IMG/VR virus record: IMGVR_UViG_3300028797_000093
Strand: one strand, 5' to 3'
DNA from: a virus
Taxonomy: Duplodnaviria > Caudoviricetes
DNA length: 64,000 nt
The notes under the pieces: model-generated
Seen by the model: only the letters and a program-made list of their open reading frames with translations
Databases searched by the model: none
What the model was told of the DNA's origin: nothing
Shown here: positions 41,047-51,075 of the stretch, piece by piece
How the letters are laid out: each line of letters starts with the position of its first letter
How positions within the stretch are numbered: the stretch's first letter is position 1
Translations under genes and position numbers: made by a program

Positions 41047-41121
41047 TGGCAGGGATGGTAGGATTCGAACCTACGAGTGTGTGCGTCAAAGGCACATGCC
41101 TTACCGCTTGGCGACATCCCT
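41047..41121 (-). tRNA. tRNA-Gln (anticodon TTG), CCA encoded
   Basis: Acceptor AGGGATG/CATCCCT-G-CCA; D-arm GCCAAGCGGTAAGGC; anticodon arm TGTGC-CTTTGAC-GCACA; T-loop GGTTCGAATCC. Confidence 0.96.
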
Positions 41122-41200
41122 ATCTATTATTATAATATATAATTAAAAATATTTAAAATTACAGAGATAGGAGTTTTAATCCTATCTCTGTATATATTAT

Positions 41201-41701
41201 TTAATCATCAATATATCCCTGATCGTATACAGTATCTCCAGCAGCAAGATCATCACGTGCTGCAACACCAAAGTATACACCACCAGGAATTGGCTCTTTC
41301 TTGTAGTATGGACGCTTCTCCATAGGTTCAAGATTACGTACATTACCACAAACTTTAATACCCCACTTCAGGATCTTCTCTTTTACATCAGCATCCATAT
41401 TTGGGCAAAGAGCATTTAGAGCAGATTCAAAATTTAGCATATTACAAAATGCCTCCATACAAACAACATCTTCAAAGCCTGTAGCGGCGATAGAAAGAGG
41501 ATTTTTAACCTGGGTGTAAGTATCATTATTACTTCTAATACATGTTATTGTATTAGAACTTTCATCGAAATATACAAAAGATCTCTGAGAGTCAAAAGCC
41601 AAAAGCTCATCTAGAAGAAGGTTAAATGCTGGTACTAGCATTTTACCATCTACTTCTGTTCTATATACACGTTCAATAGCTGTAACTTGTTCTATAGTCA
41701 T
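41201..41701 (-). CDS. Hypothetical protein
   Basis: AGGAGGT RBS, 166 aa. Confidence 0.7.
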   Translation of the reverse strand: MTIEQVTAIERVYRTEVDGKMLVPAFNLLLDELLAFDSQRSFVYFDESSNTITCIRSNNDTYTQVKNPLSIAATGFEDVVCMEAFCNMLNFESALNALCPNMDADVKEKILKWGIKVCGNVRNLEPMEKRPYYKKEPIPGGVYFGVAARDDLAAGDTVYDQGYIDD

Positions 41702-41718
41702 TTTCTTTAAGAAACCTC

Positions 41719-42276
41719 CTATTTCTTTACTTGATTTCTCATATTATGATATCCTTCAATATGAAGTATATCATCAAATCCGATAACATTAACGGTTAGT
41801 GGATATTTAGTTTGGAATAGTACATTATCTTTGGTTGGTTCAAAGAAGAAGAGCAACTCTCTTGCATAATCCCAATACATAATACCTCTAGCAGTGTCAA
41901 ATGGGTGAGAATTCTTCTCATGAGATTTGAGATACCAAATTCTATATTCAGAAGTTTGCATTTTACTAAGAGTTTCTTTTACCCACTTACCATGCTCTGA
42001 TGGAGGGAATGGTGGATCTGGTTCTATAAAATTTAAATATAGAATACCATTAATCAATGATATATCTATATCAGGATCATCAGCATTTCCTCCTGCAGAA
42101 TCTTCATCGTAAGATAAATTTACAATCCCAGCTACACCTTTCAATCCAATATCAGATGTCTCTGTATCAGGTGGATTTACAAGTGAAGGATCGACTGTAT
42201 GAAATAAAAGAGTATCTTCATTTTGTTCTTCTTTAGATAATCCTAATTCTTGATTGATAGTAGATTCATCAGCCAT
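41719..42276 (-). CDS. Hypothetical protein
   Basis: GAGGAG RBS, 185 aa. Confidence 0.7.
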   Translation of the reverse strand: MADESTINQELGLSKEEQNEDTLLFHTVDPSLVNPPDTETSDIGLKGVAGIVNLSYDEDSAGGNADDPDIDISLINGILYLNFIEPDPPFPPSEHGKWVKETLSKMQTSEYRIWYLKSHEKNSHPFDTARGIMYWDYARELLFFFEPTKDNVLFQTKYPLTVNVIGFDDILHIEGYHNMRNQVKK

Positions 42277-42390
42277 AGATTATTATCATCTCCTCTATTA
42301 TATAAATAGATAAAAAAGAAAGGCAGAATAGAGGTGATCTATTCTGCCATATTTCTATTAGATTATGCAGAACTTATTTATATGTTCTGC

Positions 42391-42798
42391 TTATAGATAT
42401 CCTTTATAAACTCCTAATGCTGAATGAAGATTATATATAATAGTTGGATCTCCACTCATCTGAATTTGTGTCAAAACATCTAATATAATTTTCCAAGCCA
42501 TAGCGCATTTAAAATCTGCATTATGAACTTCAATAACATTTCTATCTGTAGAATTAGGGTAAGCATATTCTACAGCTTGTCTATGAATTTCTGCTTTAAT
42601 ATATCTTTCTGAAGCTACTCTAATAGCAGCTTGTAGAAATTGTGGATAAGAGAACATTCTATATACATATCCGATATCATAATTAGCTTTAGACATACTG
42701 ATAAATATATTGAGAGCTTCTCTCTCCATAGTTTTAGGATTACTTAATGGATCTATATTCTGAGGATTTACTCTATTACGATTATTATTTTTCCCCAT
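42391..42798 (-). CDS. Hypothetical protein
   Basis: GGAGGT RBS, 135 aa. Confidence 0.7.
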   Translation of the reverse strand: MGKNNNRNRVNPQNIDPLSNPKTMEREALNIFISMSKANYDIGYVYRMFSYPQFLQAAIRVASERYIKAEIHRQAVEYAYPNSTDRNVIEVHNADFKCAMAWKIILDVLTQIQMSGDPTIIYNLHSALGVYKGYL

Positions 42799-42850
42799 TA
42801 TAATAATACCTCCAATAAATTTACTCTTTTATTACTTATATAATATCCAA

Positions 42851-43411
42851 TCAAATATCATTTTCATCCATATCTTCATCATCAGAACTGGAGGTTGGTT
42901 TCTGGTAAGAAGATGTATTGATATCTAGTTTAGATGACTGATTCCACATATTAAAGTCCATATTATTGCTAATATAGTCTTTATTAGTTTCATCATCTTC
43001 ATAAGCATAATTATAATCTTCTATATCAAATTTGTCATTATAATTATCTTGAACTTTCTTTAAGAATTGATAGACAGTAATTGCCTTATCTATACTAGTC
43101 ATATACCATCTTCTTACTTTACTCTTAGTCTCGGTTTGTTTAGTCTCAACCAGAACATAAGAGTTATGTATATCAATATCAGATACATTATCTCTTAAGA
43201 AATAATAAGTCTCAGTTCTCCCAGTTCCAATAAAGAAGTGGTTACCATATTCTGATGAGTCATCATTCATAACCCATAGAACCAGGTATTTCTTTTCTTC
43301 AAACCCTTTATCAGGTTCATCAGGTGGTAAAAGAGGATCAACAAATCCCTCTTCCATAGGAAGCAGTGGATCTATTAATGGTTTATTTATCTTATCACTA
43401 CTCTTGCTCAT
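42851..43411 (-). CDS. Hypothetical acidic protein
   Basis: GAGGTG RBS, 186 aa, two N-terminal DPL motifs. Confidence 0.7.
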   Translation of the reverse strand: MSKSSDKINKPLIDPLLPMEEGFVDPLLPPDEPDKGFEEKKYLVLWVMNDDSSEYGNHFFIGTGRTETYYFLRDNVSDIDIHNSYVLVETKQTETKSKVRRWYMTSIDKAITVYQFLKKVQDNYNDKFDIEDYNYAYEDDETNKDYISNNMDFNMWNQSSKLDINTSSYQKPTSSSDDEDMDENDI

Positions 43412-43438
43412 ATATAAACACCTCTTAATTACTTACTA

Positions 43439-44644
43439 TTAATTCTTTGTACGCTTTACATAGATCAAATGATTTCTAAATCTAGTAATAGCAGTGTAGT
43501 GTAAATTCTTATTTATATTATTATTGAGATATTCCTCTATATAAATACCATTAGGATATTCCGATCCTTGAGATAAGTGAGTAGTAATACTATAACCAAA
43601 CTCCAAAAAAGTACCAGCTTCTGCTTTATAAGTAGGAACTTCCTTAATCTTTTGTCTGGTCTTATAATCTGCACAGAAGTATTGATAGTTTATCTCTATC
43701 TTAGGAAATACTACATTAGATAGATCAGGTAAGAAATCTATTCTAAATACACCTTTTCTATCATCTATAGGGCCAGGGTCATTAAATACTGTACCCATCA
43801 ATCCATTAGTAATATTTATATTATCTATAGAATTAACCCAATCGTTTCTTCTAAAGATAACTCTCTCCATATACTCTGGAGTTGCAGAATAGTGATTCCT
43901 TATTTTTCTAATTCTAGTATTATAGTAATCTCTTGTAGTATTCTTACCACATAGAGTTACACAAGCATATCTTAACATCTCATCTGTTAAATCTGTATCT
44001 CTAATAACCATTACATCTTTACCATACATACCAACATGTATAGGTTGTTCATTAATAGCTAATTGAGATAAATATACTATAGCAGAGTTTTGAGCTTGTC
44101 TCATTATCTGTCTAAGTCTATATACTTTACCATTGTACAAATAAGCAGGATTATCATTTACAGGAGGTAACTGATCCAGATCACCTGCTACTATGATCTT
44201 TTTACCAAATCTTTCTATATCATTTTTCATAGACATAGGAACAAATGATCCCTCATCTATGATAATAAGATCAGTATCCAATTCTTTCTTAGGAACAAAA
44301 GCTTTTCTCATGATAGGAATATTAAAGTATGAGTCCATTCTAGGATTACCATTATAATCCAACAAAGGGACATCTATAATATCATATAAACTAGAATGTA
44401 TAGTTTTAGCATTATAGAATCCTCTAGTTCTTAATACTAAACTAGCACATCCTGTATAAGCCATAGGCATAACTCTAGAAGGATTTATATGTAAAGCATC
44501 CATAATAGCTTTTATAAGAATAGTCTTACCACTTCCTGGAGGACCAGAAATTTGAAAGACTTGTTCTGAGCTATCACTCTTATACCATTTAACAGCTTCA
44601 TTTAATATATAAACTTGATCTTGAGTCAATTCAATCATGATCAA
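43439..44644 (-). CDS. SF1B (Dda/RecD-like) DNA helicase
   Basis: GPPGSGKT, IIIDE, GDLDQLPPV, RQ, TTHLSQGSEY, YTAITR. Confidence 0.88.
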   Translation of the reverse strand: MIMIELTQDQVYILNEAVKWYKSDSSEQVFQISGPPGSGKTILIKAIMDALHINPSRVMPMAYTGCASLVLRTRGFYNAKTIHSSLYDIIDVPLLDYNGNPRMDSYFNIPIMRKAFVPKKELDTDLIIIDEGSFVPMSMKNDIERFGKKIIVAGDLDQLPPVNDNPAYLYNGKVYRLRQIMRQAQNSAIVYLSQLAINEQPIHVGMYGKDVMVIRDTDLTDEMLRYACVTLCGKNTTRDYYNTRIRKIRNHYSATPEYMERVIFRRNDWVNSIDNINITNGLMGTVFNDPGPIDDRKGVFRIDFLPDLSNVVFPKIEINYQYFCADYKTRQKIKEVPTYKAEAGTFLEFGYSITTHLSQGSEYPNGIYIEEYLNNNINKNLHYTAITRFRNHLIYVKRTKN

Positions 44645-44694
44645 TTACACTCCATGTATTCTTTTTAATATTTAGTTTCATATAGAATAAAAAA

Positions 44695-45180
44695 TAAGAG
44701 TAGGAGCGAACCCCTACCCTTATTTTTCTTTCTTTGCTGGTTTACGGGACCCAGCTCCCCTCGATTGCATCTACAGTCTACAATGGCTCACCAGGTCCGG
44801 GCAAGTATTCTCATCCGGGTAAGGGTAAGTTTTCGACTGTATACACAATAGAACCTTTTCCCAGTCTTATCTATTCTATTGGTATGGTGAACATGCTCCC
44901 GCCGGAATTGACTGGAGGGTTTAAGGCGAAACCACAACTAGAATCCCAGCGGGCCACATGCTTATTCTCCTCAATTACAGACGCATATAAATACTCCCTA
45001 TGGGCACTGGCTGCCTACGTGCTGGAGTGGTCATCGGTATCGCATACCAACACCAAATCTCCAGATGGCAGCCCCGTAGGTGACCAAGGGAAAAGCTGTA
45101 TACAAATCCCTGCTCTACAAGAAGAGGAGAATTAAGATTGTTTAACTTATAAAGTTAGAAAGTGTACATGATCAGCTTCA
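44695..45180 (-). ncRNA. Candidate large structured non-coding RNA (~450 nt)
   Basis: GC-rich island with several long-range helices, a promoter-like element at ~45180-45200 and a terminator at 44695-44727; family not recognised. Confidence 0.55.
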
Positions 45181-45209
45181 AATATATGTTATATAATTAT
45201 AATTTTTTA

Positions 45210-45860
45210 TTATAGACCAAAAAGCTTCTTATATACTTCTCTCTTTTGTTCGAGATGTTTTACATTAGCTTTAATAATATTTCTATAATCTTTATTATGT
45301 TTAGGATTTCTCATTTCTTTCTTAGCATCTTTAATTTGCTTACATTTAAGACAACGAGTAGGCCAATGGAACTGCTTACCCATACTGGCTTTACGTTCTA
45401 TCAGACGTTTATATCTTTCTGATTGTCCATAATTAAGAATAATAGGAGAACCACAGTCTCTACAGTTACAGACTTTAGTATACTGATAATCATAGTATGT
45501 TCCTCCAAAGTAATCACCTGTACGCATTTTTGCTTTTTCATACATATTCTTGAGACTTATGATATCAAAAATAGTCTCAAGACCATCTGTATTATATAGG
45601 TTAAAGTCACCTTTCTCCAAACTATCAGGATCAAGATATTCTTTAACCATAGTAATGAATCTATGCGTCATTTCTTTGGCTTCAGGATTTTGAGAGCCAA
45701 TGAAATGAGTAGTTTTAGAAGATTTACTGAAAGCTTGAATCTGATCAGTTATAGTAGAGATTCTTTTTCCAAAAGAACCCCAAGTTTCTTTATCAGTATT
45801 AAGAAGATTCTCCATAGGAGTAATGAGAGTTTCCTGTATTACATCAATATACTTATCCAT
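45210..45860 (-). CDS. Hypothetical protein with a C-terminal zinc ribbon
   Basis: CRDCG ... PTRCLKC; probable start MDKYID after GAGGAGGAG. Confidence 0.65.
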   Translation of the reverse strand: MDKYIDVIQETLITPMENLLNTDKETWGSFGKRISTITDQIQAFSKSSKTTHFIGSQNPEAKEMTHRFITMVKEYLDPDSLEKGDFNLYNTDGLETIFDIISLKNMYEKAKMRTGDYFGGTYYDYQYTKVCNCRDCGSPIILNYGQSERYKRLIERKASMGKQFHWPTRCLKCKQIKDAKKEMRNPKHNKDYRNIIKANVKHLEQKREVYKKLFGL

Positions 45861-46482
45861 TCTGTTTACTCCTCCTCTTTCTACAAATAAAGCTAGCATA
45901 ACTTTTATAACTCTTAAAGGTAATATCTTTACCATTCTTTACATTAATACATCTGTATCCTATAGTGAATTCATATTGATTAGTTGTTACCAATATATAA
46001 ATTGGTTTATTATTTATATCTTTCAAAAGAACTTCATTAAAGAAGTCTTTGATCTCCCTTATAAGATCAATAGACAATCCAGAATCTATTGAATCCAATA
46101 GAATAAAAGATGGTTTATCTTCAGAAGCTTCTCTAACAAACTTTCCCATCTTACTGAGACTATATGCAAAATTATTGTATACATTTTGTCCTTCAGAAGA
46201 GTCAAATAATGTACTTACCATATTGAAGTCCTCATGTAATAGAGCTAACTCCATTCCATTACTTCTACCATTTCTCATATCACTGTATTCAAAGTATTTA
46301 TATTTATTAGTATCACAGTACTCTCCTATTTGTTTTAGAAGAGTAGTTTTACCAGAACCATTTCTTCCAACCAGAATAGTAATACCTGGATAGAGAGTTA
46401 GATCATATGGTCTATGTAATTTAAACCAATCAGGTATTCTGATCGTTATTGATTTTTGCTGTAAAACTTCCAAGGCTTCCAA
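45853..46482 (-). CDS. ABC/AAA-type ATPase
   Basis: GRNGSGKTT, SEGQ, LLDSIDSGLS. Confidence 0.8.
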   Translation of the reverse strand: MEALEVLQQKSITIRIPDWFKLHRPYDLTLYPGITILVGRNGSGKTTLLKQIGEYCDTNKYKYFEYSDMRNGRSNGMELALLHEDFNMVSTLFDSSEGQNVYNNFAYSLSKMGKFVREASEDKPSFILLDSIDSGLSIDLIREIKDFFNEVLLKDINNKPIYILVTTNQYEFTIGYRCINVKNGKDITFKSYKSYASFICRKRRSKQNG

Positions 46483-46621
46483 GAATATAATTCTCCTCCT
46501 CTGTAAGTCCTAATTCATCATAAACCTCTTGTTCATCAATACTATTTAGAAAGATCCACAAATGCATCTTATGAGCAATTTGTAGAAGTCTATTATACTC
46601 TATCTTATTTTCTTTATCCAT
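46430..46621 (-). CDS. Hypothetical protein
   Basis: AAGGAGGAG RBS. Confidence 0.55.
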   Translation of the reverse strand: MDKENKIEYNRLLQIAHKMHLWIFLNSIDEQEVYDELGLTEEENYILGSLGSFTAKINNDQNT

Positions 46622-46635
46622 ATTATTCTCCTCCT

Positions 46636-47259
46636 TTATTTATTATGAGATTTAGCAATATTTCTACGAATAGCTCTTAATTGAGCTTGTCTTTGCTCTT
46701 CACTACCAGGTTCATATTTAGGTCTTCTAGCTTCTGCTCTTTTCTTCGCTTCAGCTCTTCTAGCTCTCTCCTCTGATTTTCTTATTTTATCAAATTCTTC
46801 TTTTGTTCTATCATATTTAGAGATATCAGGTGATGGATCTCCATTGAGTTGCATAATAGTATCAAGATAGCGAAGAGATTCATTTACATACTCTCCGCTT
46901 TTCATAATCTCATTATCAGGAGACTTACATTCAATAACTCCTTTTGCTTTCTCTTCATCTGTGATATAAGAATTATATGATGAGAATGCTTCAATCTCAT
47001 CATTATCAGCTAGTTTATTTACATAGTAATCAAATAGAATCTTTGCATGTTTACTATTTTTAGCAGGATTTAGTTCTATAGATCCTTTATGTTGTTCTCC
47101 ATATCCTTTAAAGACAGTATCTGTCTTCTTGATTTGTATAGTATTAAAAGTATCTTGATCTACAATATGACCATCATCTGTAACATCAAGACCAACTTCT
47201 TGTAAAAAGAGTTTGTTAATATCTTCATTTTTAGTATCAGGTTTTTTCTTAGTAGCCAA
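46636..47259 (-). CDS. Hypothetical protein
   Basis: AGGAGGT RBS, TTG start, 207 aa. Confidence 0.7.
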   Translation of the reverse strand: MATKKKPDTKNEDINKLFLQEVGLDVTDDGHIVDQDTFNTIQIKKTDTVFKGYGEQHKGSIELNPAKNSKHAKILFDYYVNKLADNDEIEAFSSYNSYITDEEKAKGVIECKSPDNEIMKSGEYVNESLRYLDTIMQLNGDPSPDISKYDRTKEEFDKIRKSEERARRAEAKKRAEARRPKYEPGSEEQRQAQLRAIRRNIAKSHNK

Positions 47260-47357
47260 TATAAAAACCTCCTAAATAGATATACACTTCTATATCTATA
47301 ATATATCATCTAACTTTTTATTAATATATTAAAACAATTATAGGAGTTGATATAGAG

Positions 47358-47783
47358 GTGAAAGTTAAAGACACAACCACTGTAGAACTACTCATATCAG
47401 TTGGTAAAGTAGGAAATGATCCTAATTATAATAAATTCTCATATAAAACCAATATAAAGCTAGAAGATGGTAGTACTTCCGTCTTTCCATTATATAATGT
47501 AATTTGGGATTATCAGGAAGATATGATTAGAGATGCCTATACAACAAGATTAACAGATAATGAGTTCCAGAGATATAAATATAAACCTAAACTACTGGCA
47601 GCTGATCTATATGGTAATCCAGAAGTCTATTATATTATTCTTATTCTAAATGATATGATGGAAGAAGGAGAGTTTGATAGTAAGATTATTAAACTATTAT
47701 CCAGAAGTGATATGCAAAAATATCTTACTTCTATTTATAATAGTGAGTATATGAATCTAACTAAACATGGATTTATCAAATAA
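47358..47783 (+). CDS. Baseplate wedge-like protein (T4 gp53/LysM-like)
   Basis: YKPKLLAADLYGNPEVYYIILILN resembles the gp53-type motif. Confidence 0.55.
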   Translation: MKVKDTTTVELLISVGKVGNDPNYNKFSYKTNIKLEDGSTSVFPLYNVIWDYQEDMIRDAYTTRLTDNEFQRYKYKPKLLAADLYGNPEVYYIILILNDMMEEGEFDSKIIKLLSRSDMQKYLTSIYNSEYMNLTKHGFIK

Positions 47784-47822
47784 AAAATAAGAGGTAGTCT
47801 ATAACAGGCTACCTCTTATTTA

Positions 47823-48476
47823 TTACTCTTCCTCTTTCTTATACTTTTTGAGTTCATTGAAAATAATATCAACTCTGTCCTGAACAGAGAAGAACATCAT
47901 AACATCATTGGAGATATCCAGCCAAAAGTCATCTCTCTGACCAAGATAAGGCTTATTATCTCCAAGACTACGAGCATAATTAACAGCTCTCTTGTAATCT
48001 TCTCTATTTCTTTCAGCATAGAACTTATAACATCTTTCATGAAGAGAGATATGTTCTTTAAGAATATATTTAGAGATAGTTTTAGGATTTCTATCATCAA
48101 TATATTTACGTACTTCTTTAATATAAGCATCAATATTAAACTGACGTTCAGGTCTACGAATAAGTTTATTCACATAATCAAATCCTTTTACATTAGCTGC
48201 ATCTTCAGGACTATAATGATCAATATAGATAAAATGAAGAGGAACACCATTGAGATTCTTAATATTAGATTCAATATGTTTCAGTCTATCTTCTCTATAA
48301 GCTCTTACAATACGTCCAAAAGATCTATTAACAGCTCCAAATTCAAATTCAGCAGAGCCCATATAATCAAAATTAATAACACCTCTAAAAGGTCTTTCAG
48401 ATTCTCTTTCAGAAGGATTTAAAAATGTTCCCCTTTGGATTAGGTATAGTCTATAGCTAATCACTTCATCATTCAC
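47823..48476 (-). CDS. Hypothetical protein
   Basis: GGAGGA RBS; FDYMGSAEFEFG motif. Confidence 0.7.
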   Translation of the reverse strand: MNDEVISYRLYLIQRGTFLNPSERESERPFRGVINFDYMGSAEFEFGAVNRSFGRIVRAYREDRLKHIESNIKNLNGVPLHFIYIDHYSPEDAANVKGFDYVNKLIRRPERQFNIDAYIKEVRKYIDDRNPKTISKYILKEHISLHERCYKFYAERNREDYKRAVNYARSLGDNKPYLGQRDDFWLDISNDVMMFFSVQDRVDIIFNELKKYKKEEE

Positions 48477-48548
48477 AATACTTCCTCCAATTATAAATTA
48501 TATTTGAATGTAATTTATCTATTATTATAATATATAATCACTTATTGG

Positions 48549-49161
48549 TTTAAATGATATGGCAGCACCAAAGCTCCAGTTGGTACTATTAGAGCCGCTG
48601 CTGAGACGAATACAAGCAAAACCACAATTAAGACCAAGGGACGAGGCACCACCACGAAGAGAATAATTTGTACCACTGCTTTGATAAAAATAATCACAAT
48701 AAAAAGAAAAGAAGAGTTTTAAATGATAGGGCGGCGCCAAAGTACCACCAGGCCCTAGAAAACGAATTGTCCAGGCCAACAAAGAAAGCGCCAAAAAGGA
48801 GACCATAGTACGATGAACCACCACGAATAGCATATGTAGTACTCGTAGCTTTTATATATACTAAGTTTAAATGATAGGGCGGCGCCAAGAGTCCAGCGGG
48901 CAATACCAGAGACGCCGTTGAGGTAAACACAGAAAACCCCACAATAGAAGCCATAACCAGAGTGCCCACCACGAAAAGTATAATTTGTATTATTACTTTG
49001 ATAAAAATAATACCATAGATTTAAATGATAGGGAGGCGCCATAGTACCAGTTTGCTGCACTAGTACTAGAACCACCATTAACAAAAAACACACCACAAGA
49101 GACACCAGACCAAGAAGCACCACCACGATATACATATGTATTACTCGTAGCTTTATAAAAA
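48549..49161 (-). repeat. VR-like cassette array C, four cassettes: 49020-49161, 48866-49012, 48718-48856, 48549-48708
   Basis: Same constant-variable-constant units as arrays A, B and D; lies just downstream of the helicase terminator (~49178-49212). Confidence 0.95.
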
Positions 49162-49212
49162 TTTGCTTTAAAAAAAATAAAAGGTAAGCTTATTACAGCT
49201 TACCTTTTATTA

Positions 49213-51006
49213 TTATTCTAATGGATCAATTAAATCATAATATTCTATTTCTATTAATGGATCAATTAGATCTATATTATTACTCCAAGGAGCACTATGA
49301 GCTATACTATCTTCCAGCATAACCCCAAGATCTACTGTACCGCTACTTCCAGAAAACTGTGACTTCATGAAAATATTTTCTTCACTATCTTGTTTCATCC
49401 CACTACCAATCTCATTTATTTTATTACCATGATATATAGATTGAGTAGCAGTAGAAGCTGTTTGGAATGTAAGACCTTCCATAAGAGTCTTCTTAAAAGT
49501 TGGTACAGCTAATCCATAATCTTCTTCTAGAGCTATTTCGTTATTATCTTTAAATGGTAAATATATGTAATCTAATTTACTGGTTTCAAATCTAGTCTTT
49601 ATTTTTTGAACACCTAAGAATTTTTTATTTTCTTTTGTAAACTCTGGAGCTATAATATAACCTGCATCTATATTATTCAAAATGAGCATAGACTCAGATA
49701 TATTACTTCTACCAATAGTTCTTACTAGATCTACTTTATTCTTAGATCTTCCTTCATCTATATGCTTACTTGCATCTCTATTTAACTGAGAAGCAGATAC
49801 TACAGGAATATCTTTTACACTGGCAAATACTTTAAATTCATCAGTTACATTACCATACTCTATACGAGTATCTTGAGAATGTTCGATGGATCTAATTCTA
49901 CCTATATAATCCTGTATCATACAAATTACTTCATATCCTTGATCTTCAAGATCTTCAGTTAGAGTATATAGATAACTAGTATCTACAGAGAAAGAAGGTT
50001 GATACTTAATATAAATATCTATAGGAGAATCATCCGCTATATACAATTCTCCCTGATTTCTAAACATGTTTATAATTTCATCTGGTGAATGTCTCTTAAA
50101 ACTATCTCCAGCTGCTATAATATTAAAGAGTCTATTAACAGTCTCTTTAATCTTATTTTCCATAGTCAATAGAACTATACATGGTCTCTTAGTAGGATCT
50201 TTTGTTCTATATCTCTTATTATACTTCTTAATCTGATATGCTAGATTAAGAAGTATAGTAGACTTACCCTCACCTGGTAAACCAAAGAATACATATACTC
50301 TACCAGCCTCAAGTCCTCCACCTAATAATTCATTAAGTCCTTGCATACCTGTCATTACTAAGTTTCTTGGACTTGTTAGAGCTCTATGAATATCATATAT
50401 AGAATTCTCGAAAGCTCCAGCTCTCAAAGAGAATTCAGATTCTTCTAAATCTTCTGTTCTGGATTTTCTAAATTCATTTTGTACTCTTTTATTTATATTC
50501 TCAAATTCTCCCAGGATCTTAGACTTAGACCCATAATCAGAACTTAAGAATCTACCACAAGTATTATACATAGCTTTAGCTAATTTTGTCATTGTCTTAA
50601 ACTTAAGAGCCTCAGATATCATATTATTTAACCACATGATTTCTGAATCTGGTAGTTCTTGATAATTATTTAAATCTATTACACTGGTATCAAATATACC
50701 ACCATTAATATGCTTAATAATAGTATATGGATCTGTTAGATTATAATCTAATCTAGCTTCTAGACCTTTCTTAATAAAGTCTACTCTAGATTGTTTATCC
50801 ATATCATTATTATATACAGAAGGATCTATTCCGTATATAAAATTTCTCATATTAATCAATTGACCTCTTCTGACTGTCAGGTTCTTAGAGGTTATATATC
50901 TACACATCATATTCAATAATTGAATATCAAGAGATATCTCTTCTAGTTTATCTTGTTTATTATTTATTATAGGTTGTGAGTACTTACTCTGTCTCTCATA
51001 ATCCAT
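49213..51006 (-). CDS. DnaB-like replicative helicase
   Basis: GLPGEGKS Walker A, LTMEN, MIQDYI, SASQLNR, SNISES. Confidence 0.88.
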   Translation of the reverse strand: MDYERQSKYSQPIINNKQDKLEEISLDIQLLNMMCRYITSKNLTVRRGQLINMRNFIYGIDPSVYNNDMDKQSRVDFIKKGLEARLDYNLTDPYTIIKHINGGIFDTSVIDLNNYQELPDSEIMWLNNMISEALKFKTMTKLAKAMYNTCGRFLSSDYGSKSKILGEFENINKRVQNEFRKSRTEDLEESEFSLRAGAFENSIYDIHRALTSPRNLVMTGMQGLNELLGGGLEAGRVYVFFGLPGEGKSTILLNLAYQIKKYNKRYRTKDPTKRPCIVLLTMENKIKETVNRLFNIIAAGDSFKRHSPDEIINMFRNQGELYIADDSPIDIYIKYQPSFSVDTSYLYTLTEDLEDQGYEVICMIQDYIGRIRSIEHSQDTRIEYGNVTDEFKVFASVKDIPVVSASQLNRDASKHIDEGRSKNKVDLVRTIGRSNISESMLILNNIDAGYIIAPEFTKENKKFLGVQKIKTRFETSKLDYIYLPFKDNNEIALEEDYGLAVPTFKKTLMEGLTFQTASTATQSIYHGNKINEIGSGMKQDSEENIFMKSQFSGSSGTVDLGVMLEDSIAHSAPWSNNIDLIDPLIEIEYYDLIDPLE

Positions 51007-51075
51007 TGATTAAAATCACCACCTAAGCCGCACTATCACTCTGTATTTAAATGTTCGATGGTGGATATTTAGTTA

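Noticed and set aside
44734-45135. 133-aa plus-strand ORF
   Set aside because: TTG start without an RBS inside a strongly base-paired island; better explained as non-coding RNA.
44695-45180. tmRNA, RNase P RNA or group II intron remnant
   Set aside because: No tRNA-like ends, no GAGGAAAGUCC core and no properly paired domain V.
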